DNA from: Cenococcum geophilum
Lineage: Eukaryota
Direction of reading: 5' to 3'
Length of the DNA: 64,000 bases
NCBI GenBank assembly: GCA_050273025.1
Contig: CP158635.1
Coordinates: 2,356,001-2,420,000 of the forward strand
The position numbers were made by a program, and so were the translations under genes. Shown here piece after piece: positions 37,015 through 51,094 of this stretch (position 1 is the first letter of the stretch; every line of letters begins with the position of its first letter). The notes beneath the pieces are model-generated. The model did not search any database, was not told the DNA's origin, and saw only the letters and a list, made by a program, of their open reading frames with translations.

Positions 37015-40000
37015 TGTTACGGACGCTTTAAGTACAATATTATAACTACTTGGAGAAGAGACGGAAGAAGCTAGTTGGTTAATACAGGCACGGTCTAGGA
37101 TAGAGCCAATAGAACTATGTGACGAGGAATGGTAACCAAGGTCATATAATATAATCTGTATAATCTGTGTAATCTATAGGATCTATAACAGATTAGATAA
37201 AGTATACGTACATTACGTACAAGAAGGATTTCATAGGAGTACGGTTGTGTATTTAAGGACCCTTAGTCCCTACCTAGATAGTTCCTTCCTTATAGTAATT
37301 CTCAGAATATAATTAGAGTTAATTTATTAGGTAACCACTCCACCAGTTATTATTACGTTGTTAACTTTTATACTTGCATTTCCTACACACCTAGCCCAAT
37401 AACGAGCCTATCGTAGTTCTTGCTATAAGGTTTCGTTATATAATTACTACCTAGTTACGGTATTAATATAAGAAGTCAAACAATATGCCACCAAAAGCAG
37501 CCACCATAATGCCATTAACGGCAGTAACTACTTTAGGGACAGGAGGTGATATTAGTATAGCAGATACTAACTTACAGCAACCTATGACGGTTGGATAGCT
37601 ATAGGAGATAGTTAACTAGCTAATAGCTAACAATATAGTATTGGAAGAAAGACTTAACGGGATAGGAGCAGTAAAGATTAAGCTACTATTAATTAAGAGA
37701 TTTATAGGAGAGAGGTTAAAGCTTAAAGGATTCCTTACGCAGATGCACTTTAAGGTCTTATAGGAGGGAGTAAAGTTACCTATACCTGTGGATTGGATAG
37801 CCTACGCAGGACTATTCTTGTTAGGAAAAGCACTTAAGTGGTTTAAACCTTACCTTACGGAGATACAGGTAAACGGAATAACGACCACTAACTAAGACGT
37901 TTGATTTATGTTCTTAAGTTAGGAAGGATTTACAGAGTGACTTACGCAGATGTTTGGAGACCTAAAAGAAACAACTACAGCGGAAAGAAAACTCCAGAAC
38001 CTTATATAACGAACTTTAGTAATTAAGTATATAATATAGTTCTAGATACTAGCAATATAAGTAAAGTAGAATAATAGGGCGCTTATGGCATAGTACAAAC
38101 AGGGACTTAAGGCTAAAGTTTAGGACGTAATTATCCTAATAGAAGATGCGGACACCCTAAGGGAACTAATAGATTAGGCGATTAAGATTAATAATTGGAT
38201 CTACTAAAGGGAATAGGCTAATAGAGGCTAGAATAAAGTTCTATAGTTATATAAGGCGCAGAGTACGCAATAATAAAAGCTAAGTTAGAAACTATGGTAT
38301 AGCGCAAAGCTAATAGACCTAAGTGGTACTAAAGAAGCCTATAAGAGATAGAGCAAACTATAAAAACCCAGAGGATAAGGATTAAGTAATTAAAGGTCTA
38401 AGGAGCAGAGGCCAAATCAGGGATCTTAACAGCAGAAGATATTCAGGCGGACTTTATAGCAAGAGAAATAGTTTAAAAAAGGAGCTTGCATAAATTGCGG
38501 AAAATAGGGTTATTACGTTAGAGACTATAGAAGTAGGCAGAGTTACTATATAGTAAAAGGTATAAGACTAGTAGACGATATATACGTACAGAGGGATAAT
38601 AATATGCTGTAAGGAACAAAAAAATGTTTAATTAGAAGTTTTGCGTTTTGTTATAATAACGTATACCAAATTTATAAGGACGCTAAGTACGGCGCAAGCT
38701 ATTGGCTATAGGAGCTAGCACTTATAAAATATAGAGAAACCAACGAACTAGTTTGTAGATCGGATATTAAGAACGATAAATTTAACCTAGGCGAAATATT
38801 CTATAATAATAAGGCAATAAGGGCCGCTTATTAAAAGCGAGTAAACCTTAGAGATGTTATACTAGAGGTAGAGGATAATTCCACTACAGAATAGGGAATA
38901 TTAGTAGGGATTAAAACCCCACTAGATACGATGTCTATCGCTTTATAAGACGTAAGAGAAGTAGAATAGCAAACCACTTCGGCACTTAATAAAGGCAAAA
39001 GGCTAAAGACTTAAGATTCTTAAGACGAGATAAGAGACGACTAAGATTCTTAAGAAGAGATAAGGCATACCTAAGGACCTATAACGGACGAAAACCGATA
39101 GAGCAGGGCAATAGCTTAGTTTAGAAACATACAAATAAGCTTAGGATAGAGTTTCCCATAGGCACAAGACTCTTAAGATAAGATAAGTGAGATTTAAGAC
39201 TCTTAAGACAAGATAAGAACACTATAAACGCCTAGTTAGACTAAGGCGGGAGCTAAGCTTAAGTTAGAAGCAAGCTTAGGATTAAAGAATCTAAGGAACT
39301 AAGATTTCGGAGTACAAATAAGGACACCTATAGGTAAGAGGTAAGGAGCTTCTTTACAGATTAGAGAATCTGTAATATAAATAGCAGTTAGATTAAGAGA
39401 CAGATATATAAACCTAAAAGACTTACTAGGGGAACGCAGTGTTTAGCCTAAAGATTAAAAGTTTAATACTAGGATTAAAAAGCAAGACAACTTTAAGGAT
39501 TAGGGCGTAAGGCGTAAACCAAAAGAAACTATAAAAGAGTTTAGACAAAGAATTATCGCATAGCAAGAACAGAAACTAGATAAGAGATTTAGTATATTAG
39601 GACGTATAAAGGATAGAGCACTAGTATAAAGAATCACTAATAGGTTAAGAGTAGGTATACTAAGAGCTAAGTGACTTACCGAACTGGAAAATAAAGAGGA
39701 TTTAGGGATTTTAACTAGGTTTAAGGAATAATATATAAAGGGCTGTCATAATACAGTAATAAGAAGATACTTCCTTATGGATAAGCCGTATATACTCTAG
39801 TAGCTATACCAAAAGTAGTATAGGCAAAGGCATAATGATAAGTAGGAAGATTTCTATATATAGTTAGATAAAAAAGTTATCTAGGACCACCTAATTATAG
39901 AAAAGGCCATAACGTATATTAAAGGAGCCTTAATTATAATATTAAAGGATCTAGAGGAACGTTTAAAGGACTAGAGAAGTAAAAGACGCATCTTAGTACC

Positions 40001-43000
40001 TATAAATAAAGTTATAATATTTAAATTAGCACAATAAAGGTTTAAACTTAGGGATAAAGATAAGCTAAGAGTTAACCTAAAGCACCTAGCATACTATACG
40101 TTATTATAGATTGCGTATATAGACGATATATATAACATATATAAGAATCCAAAGGAAAAGAATTAGAAATATCCTATAAGGATATACTGGATAACGGACG
40201 AGTAATAGTATAGGAATGCTAAATATATATATAGATGGCATCTAGCAGAGGTTTAAGAAAAAGGAAGTTTAGTATTTTAACCAGAAAGATTCCTTATAGA
40301 AAAATACTTAGACGGATGACAGTGGTGGGAATGCCTAGAAAACACGTGTTTATAGTATATTAAAGATAAAAAGCGATCTAGGCATTGGCTAAAGAATAAG
40401 CCAAGTATATTAGGATTAAGCAGCTAATAGTTAGGAAAAGTAGAGGCCTATAGGACTAGAGGGAGCTAGTGGTAGAGCCTTAGACCTTTAAAGGAATTTA
40501 AGAATAATACCTAAATTTATGAATTAATTGGTAAGATTAGCAGTTTAAAGCGCTAATAGATAGTAGAGCAACGCAAAACTATATCTTACTAGTAGTAGTT
40601 AAAAGAATAGGACTACCTTATAGATAAAAGGAGTAACCTTACCTATTAGTTATAATTTTAGGAGATCTAATAACCTATAGGGGAGGGATTATTAATCTTA
40701 AAATAGGACCTATTTAGATAACTATTAAAGGGAGATAAATTAAGATGTCTTTTAATATCCTACTATTGGGACGGGATAAGGTAGTATTAGGCATACCTTA
40801 ATTATAGGAATATAATCTAAGGATTAATTAGATTATAGGTTAGGTTAATATTAAAAATACTTAATGCCGTAAAATATAATAATAAGCTAAGTTGGTATAG
40901 TACTAAGTAGGAGCAACCTATAAAGAAATAGAAAAAGAACTAAGTTATATACTAAAGAGATACTATAAGTATAGCAAAAAACTATAGTTACTAGAAAGTA
41001 AAAAGCTGTTAGAATATATAGTATAGGACTATAAGATAGAGTTAGAACTAGGAATAAGTTTAAAGTTCTTTCTAATCTATAAGCTTATTAAAAAAGAAGG
41101 TAGAGCGTTAAAAGAGTTTATTTAGGAAAATTTATAAAAGGGATATATTAGACCATCGCAGTTATTAGCGGGTTATCCAGTACTATTTATACTAAAGAAA
41201 AATGGTAAACTAAGGCTGTATATTAACTATAGATAGTTAAATAGTATTACTAAGAAGGATAGGTATCCTTTACCCTTAATTAGCGAAATCTAAGATAGAA
41301 TAGGTAATGCGTAAATCTTTATAAAGATAAATCTAAGATGGGCGTACTATTAGATTAGGATTAAGGAAGGCAATAAATAAAAGGCAGCCTTTAGGTTAAA
41401 GGAAGGACTATATAAACTATTAGTTATATAATTTGGGCTTATAAACGCACTAGCAACGTTCTAAAAGCGTATTAATAATATATTAAGAGAATACTTAGAT
41501 GAATTTATTATGGTATATCTTAATAATATTATTATCTACTTAATAATAGAGGAAGAATACGGAGAATACATTAAATAGGTTTTAAAGAGACTATAAGAAG
41601 AATAGATGCTAGTAGTAATTAAGAAATACGAGTTCTTTACTAGGAAGACCGATTTTATTAGATTTATTATTAAACTAGGCCAACTTAGTATAGATCTAAA
41701 GAAGATTAAGGCTATAGTAAATTAGTAGAAACTAGAAAACGTTATATAGTTAAGATTATTTTTAGGGTTTTGTAATTACTATAGAAGGTTTATAGCGTAG
41801 TGGTTAAAGAATATTAAGCTATTTACGCGGTTAATAAAGAAAGAAGAACTATAGGTATAAGGAGAGGAATAAAAAGAACTCTTTAAAAAAGTTAAAAAGA
41901 TATTTACCTAAGAGCTAGTTCTTAAGATCTATTAACTAGGACTAGAGACGGTTATAGAAATAGATGTATTAGACTATATACTAGGGGTATACTTTATATA
42001 AAGGTATTAAGATGGATAGCACCTAGTAGTATACTATAGTCGGAAAATAACACCGCTAGAGTTAAACTATAACATCTATAATAAGGAGTTATTAGGTATA
42101 GTTATAGTATTAAAGGAATAGAGAGCATTCTTATAAGGCATAGAGAAACTATTTATAGTTAAGACGGATTATAAAAACTTAATAGAATTCCTAATAACAA
42201 AGGAACTTAACTAAAGATAGGTTAAATAGGTAGAGATACTTACAGAATACCATTTTAAGATTTAGTATACTAAAGGTATAAATAATACGCGGGCAGATGC
42301 TCTAAGCCGTAAAGCTAAATTATAAAATAAGGAAAAGCTATCGGGGGCTTTATTGCGAAAAGATATAGACAGATTAATTAGGTATAATTATCCAAAAATT
42401 ATAGCAACTTAAGAAGATAGTAAACTAGAGAAAGTTCTATAAAATACCGGAAAGCTTTTAGGTATAAAGAATTCTAGAAGTATAGCTAGAAGATCTACAA
42501 ACGGATATATACAAAAAATTAAGAAGTAAAGTATATCCTAAGAAGTATAGCAGAGCAGTTTATAGAAGACTTCTATAAGGGACTAACTTAAGGATATAAT
42601 AGAGCTACGAGCTTAGTGTTAAGACTTTAAGAGGAGTATATTATTAACGGAATCTAAAGGATAGCTAGAAAAGTTATAAAGAAATATCTAGACTACTAAA
42701 GGAATAAACTAATAAGGCATAAGCTATATAGAGGGCTATAACCTATTAAAATACTAGAGAGACTATAGAAGGTTATATTATAGGACTTTATTATTAAGTT
42801 GCTAAAATTAAAAAATCCTATTATCGGATAAGATTATAACGCGATCTTAGTAATAGTGGATAAGCTTATAAAGTGGGGATACTTTATAGCATATATAGAA
42901 GAAATCTTAGCAAAAGATGTCGCTAAAATCTATATTAAGGAAGTATTCGTAAAATATAGAGCACTAAGTAAGATTATATTAGATAAAGATCTAAGATTTA

Positions 43001-44990
43001 TAGCAGCATTCTAGGAAGTATTCTTAGTAAAGTAGGGGGTTTAAGTAGTAACTTCTACTGTATATTATCTATAGACAGACGGTTAAACAGAAAGATTAAA
43101 TTAGATACTAGAGCAGTACCTAAGGCATTATATTAATTATACATAGAACAATTGGGTATTGCTATTATTAGTTACATAATTTATATATAATGTAATACCT
43201 TAAGAAGGGATAGGCATATTACTATTTAAGGCAAATTACGGATATAAGCTAAGGATATTATTATTACTATAGCAAATAAAGAAAACGAGTAGTACAGCTA
43301 AAGAAAGAATAAAGACGTTAATAAATCTTTATATAGACCTTATAGAATTAGTAAAGAAAGTATAAGAGAGAATAAAAAAGTACTATAATGCGAAGAGATC
43401 TAAGGGACTAGATCTTAAGGAGGAAGATAAAGTATGGCTACTACACAAAAATTTTAAGAGTTAATAACTAAGCAAGAAGTTGGACTATATTAAACTAGGA
43501 CCTTTTAAAATTACATAGAGGATTTTATTAATTACGTTTAAGCTAGACCTACTAGCTAAAATAAAGATCTACCCTATATAGCATATCGCAATGCTAGAGC
43601 CAGTATATAGGAATATTAAGCCACCGGTTTATAAAGTAGACATATATAGAGGATAAGAAGAAGACGAATAGTAAGTTTTAAAGATCGTTAGTTATAAGGA
43701 CATTAACGACGAAATATAGTATAAGGTTAAGTGGATAGGCTACACTAAAACTACCTAGGAGCTACTAAAGAATTTAAAGAATGCTATAAAAAAGGTATAG
43801 GAGTATTAAAAGAGATTAGGTTAGATAGTATTAATAAAGAAGAATTACTAAAGAACGAGTTACCTAAGGGGGACCTAAGAAGAGCAGTTACTAAACTACT
43901 TAGATCTATTTCCTTCTCTATTAGAAGAGAATCCATTCTTTTATTACCTAGTTTCTATAAACCTTATTCTATAAGTTTCTACTCCTTAAAACAAACCTTC
44001 TTACGCATCTTCTTAAGACGGATTAGCCAAGCGGACGCCGCTAAATAAGACTTAAGAGCCCGTTGCTAAGTATCGGCAGCCTCCTGTTTAGCGTCCCAAG
44101 ATCGGCGCAATTTAGCAAGAGTAACAGATAGTTTATTATCTAGCCGTATAGCAGCAGATTAAATATAAAACCCTAAGATAAATTAATTAGGGAACCAGAC
44201 GACTATTAAGAGTAATAGGTCGCGTATATTTAGTATTAGAAGTAGAGCGAACGTCACAGGACGAATAAATATTCGCTTTAGTACACTTTAAGTAAGAGAA
44301 CGGTTATCGCGAAGATAGGTTCGCCAACGCAATATAAACCAACCCCTTTTTTAAATAACGAGAATATAGAGACGGTATAATCTTACTAAGAGACAATATC
44401 GCAGCAATAGTACGAGCACAACGAGCAGTTAAGGAAGAAGAAATTGCTTTAGGTATAATAAGCAATAATATTAACCAAATTAATTAGACGGATATTATAC
44501 CTCTAATAAACAACTTAAAGATATTTTAAATCTTCAAGGACAAAGATAAAGAGGAGGGAGATGGTGTTACAGACGCTTTAAGTATGATATTATAACTACT
44601 TAGAGAAGAGACGGAAGAAGCTAGTTAGTTAATATAGGCACGGTCTAGAATGAAGCCGATAGAACTATATAACAAGGAATGGTAACCAAGGTTATATAAT
44701 GTAATCTATATAATCTATATAATCTATAGGATCTATAACAGATTAAATAGAACACACGTATATTACGTATAAGAAGGATTTTATAGGAGTACGGTTGTGT
44801 ATTTAAGGACCCTTAGTCCCTACCTAGATAGTTCCTTTCTTATAGTGATTCTCAGAATACAATTAGAGTTAATCTATTAGGCAACTACTCCACCAGTTAT
44901 TATTACGTTGTTGACTTTTATACTTGCATTTCCTACACACCTAGCCCAATAACGAGCCCATCGTAGTTCTTGCTACAAGGTTCCGTTATA
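37015..44990 (+). mobile_element. Full-length Ty3/Gypsy chromovirus (Gypsy-2)
   Basis: 426-bp LTRs at 37015-37440 and 44565-44990; TSD tctag/tttag; gag ATG 37485; CCHC knuckle 38487-38528; protease LIDSGA ~40553; RT YLDD ~41516; RNase H ~41960; integrase ~42570-43300; chromodomain ~43660-43800; PPT 44548-44564. Confidence 0.95.
43900..44456 (-). pseudogene. Antisense accessory gene of Gypsy-2: Zn2Cys6-like cluster plus helical tail, one intron
   Basis: De-RIPed C-x2-C-x6-C-x13-C-x2-C-x8-C; splicing a 55-nt intron (44227-44173) restores the frame through a split Trp codon. Confidence 0.65.
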
Positions 44991-47900
44991 TTTAGCTTAT
45001 ATAAGAAACCAAAGAAAAAGAAGCCACCCCTTATTGTCTCCTAAAAAAGATAGCTAAAATCTAAAAAGAAACCTAGTAAAAATGAGGTCCTCTAGGGCTA
45101 GTTTATACTTCCCCCCTCCTTTAAAACAATTCCTATAAAAGGCCTTAGAAAACCTAACCCAGGCCTATCTAAGGCTAGAAGGAGAAAGTAAGGAGCAAGT
45201 TAAATATATTAAGGACGACGTACAAAGAATTATAGTAGGAGAAAATCCTTCTATAAAAGAAACAGAAAAGGAAAAACAGGAGACAGATATCCTAAAAGGA
45301 CTAGTAAAAGAAGTAAGAGCCCTCCACAAGGAGGTAGCCCCTAAAACCTACGCAGAAAAGTTAAAGAAGGGCCTCTCTTCTTCTACTTACTCTTCTTCAT
45401 TGTCGTCTCCTCCTTCCTCTACTACCTCTTCTTCTTCTTCTTTACCCCCTACCTCCTTAATTCCCCCTACTAGTAAGGTAACTAGTAGCACTACCAGTTC
45501 TACAAGCCCTACCTCTACTAGAGGGAAAAAGAAGCAGCTATAAGAAAGAGGACTAGTCCTAGTTACAGACCAAAAGGACTAGCCTCTAGATATCTTCTCT
45601 ATACGAAATACAATTAATTAATAATTTATGTCTAAATTGCAAATAGAGAAGCTAGTTATAGCTTCTATAGCTAGAACTAGAGAAAAGCAGAATATTCTCC
45701 TTATAATAACGGAGGAATATAATGCAGATTTTCTAGTTAAATATAAAGAAGTCTAGTCTAGCTGCTTCTCCTTTAAAAGAGAATAAAAACTAGAGCCCTA
45801 GGCCCAAATAGTAGCTTATAGCGTCCCTATCCCCCCTTTCCTAGGAGAAGGAGGCTCTAAACTTCTAAAGGAAGAAATAGAGACCTTTAATCCTATTAGG
45901 ATACAGGGATAACCTAGATAGATCTCTTCTAGGGTAAAGAGATATAATCCACAAACTAGGTTTGGCTCTATAGTATTTACTATAGAAAATAAGGAGAAAA
46001 GATAGGAAATCCTAATTGCAGGGGTAGCTACTAAGGTAGTTAAATACCTAGAGGTCTCTCCTACTATATAGTGTACAAGCTGCCAAAAATTTGGCTAAAT
46101 AGGAGATAGATGCTCTATAAGGGCCTGTTAGTTTTATATAGCAGTATACCTATCTAAAGACCACTCCTATTTAAGTTGTAATATAATAGGCAAGCCTTGC
46201 GAATATACTACCCCTCTTTGCATTAATTGTAAAGAAAAACACTTTACTACCAGTAAAGACTGCCAGTCTCTTAAAGTAGCTAAGTTAATATACCAATAAG
46301 TATATACTTAGAAGGTTCTATACAGGAAGAAGAAAAAATCTCCCTAGCTTCTAAAACTAGGGGAGAAATCTCCTTTATATAATATAATGTAGGAAAAAGA
46401 TAAGAAGTATAGCAAACCCTACTAGAAATAGGATTTAGGAGAAAAATAAATATTATCCTAGTATAGGAACCTAGTACCTGGAAAGATAGACAAAAAGGAT
46501 CCTACTTCTCTATTCCACATCCTGCATTTAACCTTATCCTCCCTAGCAATCTAGCTATTCGCCCTAGAGTAGCTATCTATATAAGGAAAACTAGTTCTAG
46601 TATCCTATAATATAGAAACAGAGAGGATATCTATAAAGATACAGATACTATAGCACTAGAAATCTATGGCCAATTTAAGAAATTTCTACTGCTTAATATC
46701 TACAATAAGAGATAACTAGACGAGAACTCTAGAACCTAAAGTAATAGTAGATCTACTATCTCTAGGGCTATTCTAGAACTAGAAATAGGCCTCCCCTTTA
46801 TGCTAGTAGGAGACTATAACCTATACTGTATAAGGTGGAACGCACTAGCTAGGAACTTAACTAGAGAGGCTAAAGAACTAGTAGATTGGTTAAATAAACA
46901 CAACTACCAATTACTAAATTCTGATAAATAAGAAGGGACCTTTTATAGATCTAATATAAGAGAAAAATCGATTATAGACTTAGCCTTCTACTTAGGAAAC
47001 TTTTAAGAAAATACCTAGGATAATTGGACTATAATAGAAGAAACAGGATTTAATCACAAGACTATAGCCTTCTCTCGATTTACTAGAGAGACGTAAAGAT
47101 ACCTAAACCCTCTTTAAGAAACTCCGTTTTCTATAAAAAAGGCAAACTGGAAGCTCTTCTCTACTTCTTTAATAGAACTAGTTTAAAAGCTAGAACTAGA
47201 AGCAAAAATCTTAGTACTAGAAGAACTAGTAGGAGAAACCCCCTATATAGAGATAGGAGAAAAAGGTCCCTTAGCCTCTCTAGAGGATTTGTATAGACTT
47301 AGGGATAAAAGTATAAGTACGCTAGCAGATAATCTAGTTATAGATCTTACTAGCTATATTAAGCTAGTAGTAGAGAAAGCTATTCCTAGATCTAGAACCT
47401 ACGAATTCTTTAAACTATAGTGGAATACAGAGCTTCTATAAAAAAGGAAAAAAATAGCAAAACTAGGAAGACTTCGAGAAGAACAACCTACTAGAAGTTC
47501 GAGACTAGAAGCCTATAAGGAAGCTAAAAATCAATACTTCTATGTAATAAGAGAAGCTAAAACTAATTGCTAGAATAGCTTCCTAGAAAAGGCATAGGGA
47601 AAAGAGATCTTTACTGCCCTAAAATATATAAAGGAGAAAACATTACAAATAATTCCTAGTCTATAGTATTGTAAGGATGGAACTACGAGACTAATAGAAA
47701 GCTTTAACGACTAGTGTAAAGCTTTTATTACTACTCTATTTCCTAAACCCCCTTCTTCTACTAGCTTTATAGAGTTGAAGAACTATACTATAGATAGTAA
47801 ATAGGAATGGCCAGAACTAGAGAAGACGGAAGTTAAATAAGCAATCTTCTCTAGCTCTAATAAAAAAGCTTTAGGGCTAGATAAGCTATCCTTTACAATC

Positions 47901-50900
47901 CTATAAAAGGCCTACCCTACTATAGAAGATCTTCTATATAGAATCTATAGGATCCTATTTACCCTAGGTTATTAACTAAAAGGCTAGAGAGAGGCTTAAG
48001 GAGTTATTCTCCCTAAAGTAAATAAAGAGAACTACTTTCTACTAAAGTCCTATAGACCTATCTCCTTACTAAACTACCTAGGAAAGACTCTAGAGAAGAT
48101 CTTTACCACTAGATTAGGATATCTAGCTAGTACTACTAGCTTACTTTAAGACTCGCAACTAGGAGGAAAAAGACAGCGGTCCGCAATAGACGCAGTCCTA
48201 CTACTCCTAAATAATATCCAGTCTAAAAATAATAGGAAAAAAGCCAGACAAAGAATAGCTACTACGCTATTTCTAGACGTAAAAGGGGCCTTTAACTATG
48301 TCTTTGCAAACCAGCTTCTATCTATCTATAAGGAACTAGGGCTACCTATAGCGTTTACGCAATAGGTAGCTACCTTCCTTAGCAATAAAAAGCTACAGCT
48401 CTGCTTTAATAGACAAATATAAAAAAGGTAGAAATAGAAACAGGGATACCACAGGGCTCGCCTATATCCCCTATTTTATTTTTACTATATATACATAATA
48501 TCTACAGCCTATAGATAGAAGGTGCCTATTCCCTTAGCAATATAGACGATTTTGCAATTATAGTTACTTTAAACTTAGCTAAATCCAATTATAAAAAGCT
48601 AGAGGGAATAGCGCTAGAGCTAATGTCTAGAGCTAAAGAAGCTGCTATTAGTTTTGATATTAGCAAAACAGAGCTTATACACTTCTATAGTAAGCGTACC
48701 ACTATAGAAGATAGGCTAAAGCTAGGAGATATAGAAATATCCCCTAAACCCCTAGTTAGGTGGCTAGGGGTATTTCTAGACTCTAAGCTTACTTTTAAAT
48801 AATATATATAAATAAAAATCTCTAAAGCAAAAACAGCCTTCTATTTAATTAGAAGACTAGGTAATATATAAAAAGGTCTATCTCTATAAGCTCTACAACA
48901 GCTCTATATAGCTTACGTTACTACTATAGCAGACTATAGAATATAATGCTAGTGGAAAAGCGAATCTAGAGACTACCTACTAGCTAGGTACCAATCTCTA
49001 CAAAATGAGGCCCTAAAACTAGTTTTAGGAACATTTAGAGGATCTCCTACGCAAGCTATAGAAATCGAGGCCTCTATCCCTCCTCTTAGAATTAGATTTA
49101 AAAAGCTTTGCAATAGCTATATATTAAGAATCCTAAAATTTAAAGAAAACCACGTAATTAAAAAGGCCTATATAAAAGAGATTAATAAAGATAGGGAGGA
49201 ACTAGTAACTAGTTCTAGTTCTAGTCCTAGCCCTAGAAACTCTACTATAAGATACCTTCTATAGCTAAAAACTCAACTACTATCTCTAGCTTCTAGAGTC
49301 CAGCAACTAATTTAAAATTGGAAAATAGAGAGAATCTCTTTAGATTGGTAAAAACTGTAGTCTCTCCCTATTTCTGCATCCTTTTCTATCTCTAGGGGTA
49401 GTAAAGAAGAAGCTGTATAAGAATATTTAAGACTAGTAGAAAATTTACAAGAATCCCTAGAATGGGACTTAGTAGATATATACTATATAGATAGCTTTAA
49501 AGATAGTAAATTAAGTGTAGCGGCCGTATGTAAAATAGGGGAGAGAAATAGGATTAAATACGCAATAAATTGGAATCTAGGGCCTTATATGGAAATTATA
49601 GGCGTAGAACTTTATACAGTCTATAAGGCCCTAGAATATCTAAAATAATAAAGACTAAAAGAGGAATAAGTTTATATCTTTATAGATAGCCAAGCAGCTA
49701 TTAAAAGATTATAGCTTAATTCTCTTACAGGGGGACAAGAACTAGTCTTTAAAATTACGCAAAGCTGCTCTTATCTAGCTAGCAAGAATATCTCTATTAA
49801 CTTTTATTGGGTTCCTAGCCACCTAGAAATCTACAGAAACGAAATAGTAGATAAGCTAGCTAAAAAGGGCCTCTCTAGAAGAAAAATATAATCTTCTTAT
49901 ATATCCCTAGCCTATATAGGGAGAGCAGCAAGAGAAAAAATACTAGGATAGTGGAAAAGTAACTAGCAACAGAAAAAAAATAAAGGAAAATACTATACTA
50001 GGATCTCTAGAGGAAACTACTTTTTATCTCTTAAAGCCCCTAAGGATAAATATCCTAAAAGGTTACAATTAGCTTTCTATTAACTAAAACTAGAAAAAGG
50101 CTTCTTTAAATCCTTCTCTAAGACAATAGGGAAGGATAAAGAAGGTAGATGCTTTAAGGACTGTAGAGCTATATAGACTTCTAAGCACCTATTACTAGAA
50201 TGCAGACTATATAGAGAAGAGAGAAAAGAAATGCAAAGACAACTAGGCTCTTCTCTCTCCCTAAAGAAGCTCTTTTATATAGAGAAAGGAAAAAGGGCGC
50301 TTTTCTTATTCCTAAGTAAGACAGAAATAGCTACTAGAAAGTGGCTAATGGAAGTAAAAGCTTTAAAAGGAGGTAACTCCTACTAGACTTCTAGTAAATA
50401 GACAGTAGTAAGTAAAAGGACAGAAATAAACTATATAATGTACAGGGGCAGGCGTTAGGATTTGTTTACCATTTCTTTTACTATTTTTCTACTGTTTTAA
50501 TACTACCTAATAGTTGTCATAACCTAGTATTTTACTAGGGAGCGGTAAACCTCTAGTTTAGAGGTTTATAAACTACTAGGACATAGCTACTAGTATATAT
50601 TAAGCTGCCTAAAAAGGATTTATATATATAAAACTATAGCGCTATAGCCCAGAGGCTGCATATGTAGTATTGTACGTAGTATAATATAATAGATATAAAA
50701 ATAAAAATAAAAATAAAAAATTTAGGTTATTAAATTCTATTAAATTCTACTAGGTACCAAATTCTGCCAAATTCTACTAAATTCTGCTAAATTCTGTTAG
50801 GTTGCCAAAACTCTACTAAATTTTGTTAAATTACTAAGTTCTACTAAATTCTGCTAGGTTAACAAGTTCTGCTAAATTCTACTAGGTTGCTAAAGTTCTA

Positions 50901-50910
50901 CCAACTTTTA

Positions 50911-51094
50911 TATTACGGCACCGTAACAGATCTAGTTAGGGGGCTCGCTTAAGCCTTAGTAAATATATATAGATATATCCTTTTCCACCTTCTACTCCTT
51001 ATTTTAATATCCGGGTTTATAGACATTCCAATTATATAGGCTTGCATACGTTCTTTACGGCGCTCATACCTTAATTAACTGAGTCGCTATGATA
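50911..51094. mobile_element. Solo LTR (184 bp) in the minisatellite
   Basis: t(a)ttacgg...ctatgata termini (RIPed TG...CA); TSD tttta 50906-50910 / ttcta 51095-51099. Confidence 0.75.

Larger units (their letters stand above)
36171..50721 (+). mobile_element. Full-length Tad1-like LINE family A, interrupted in ORF1 by Gypsy-2
   Basis: 5' end shared with the other copies; ORF1 ATG at 36858; knuckles ~46070-46265; APE ~46370-47060; RT (YRPISLL ~48051, GIPQGSPISP ~48443, IDDF ~48542); RNase H ~49480-49870; (taaaaa)n tail; TSD ttaggttatt at 36161-36170 and 50722-50731. Confidence 0.93.
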
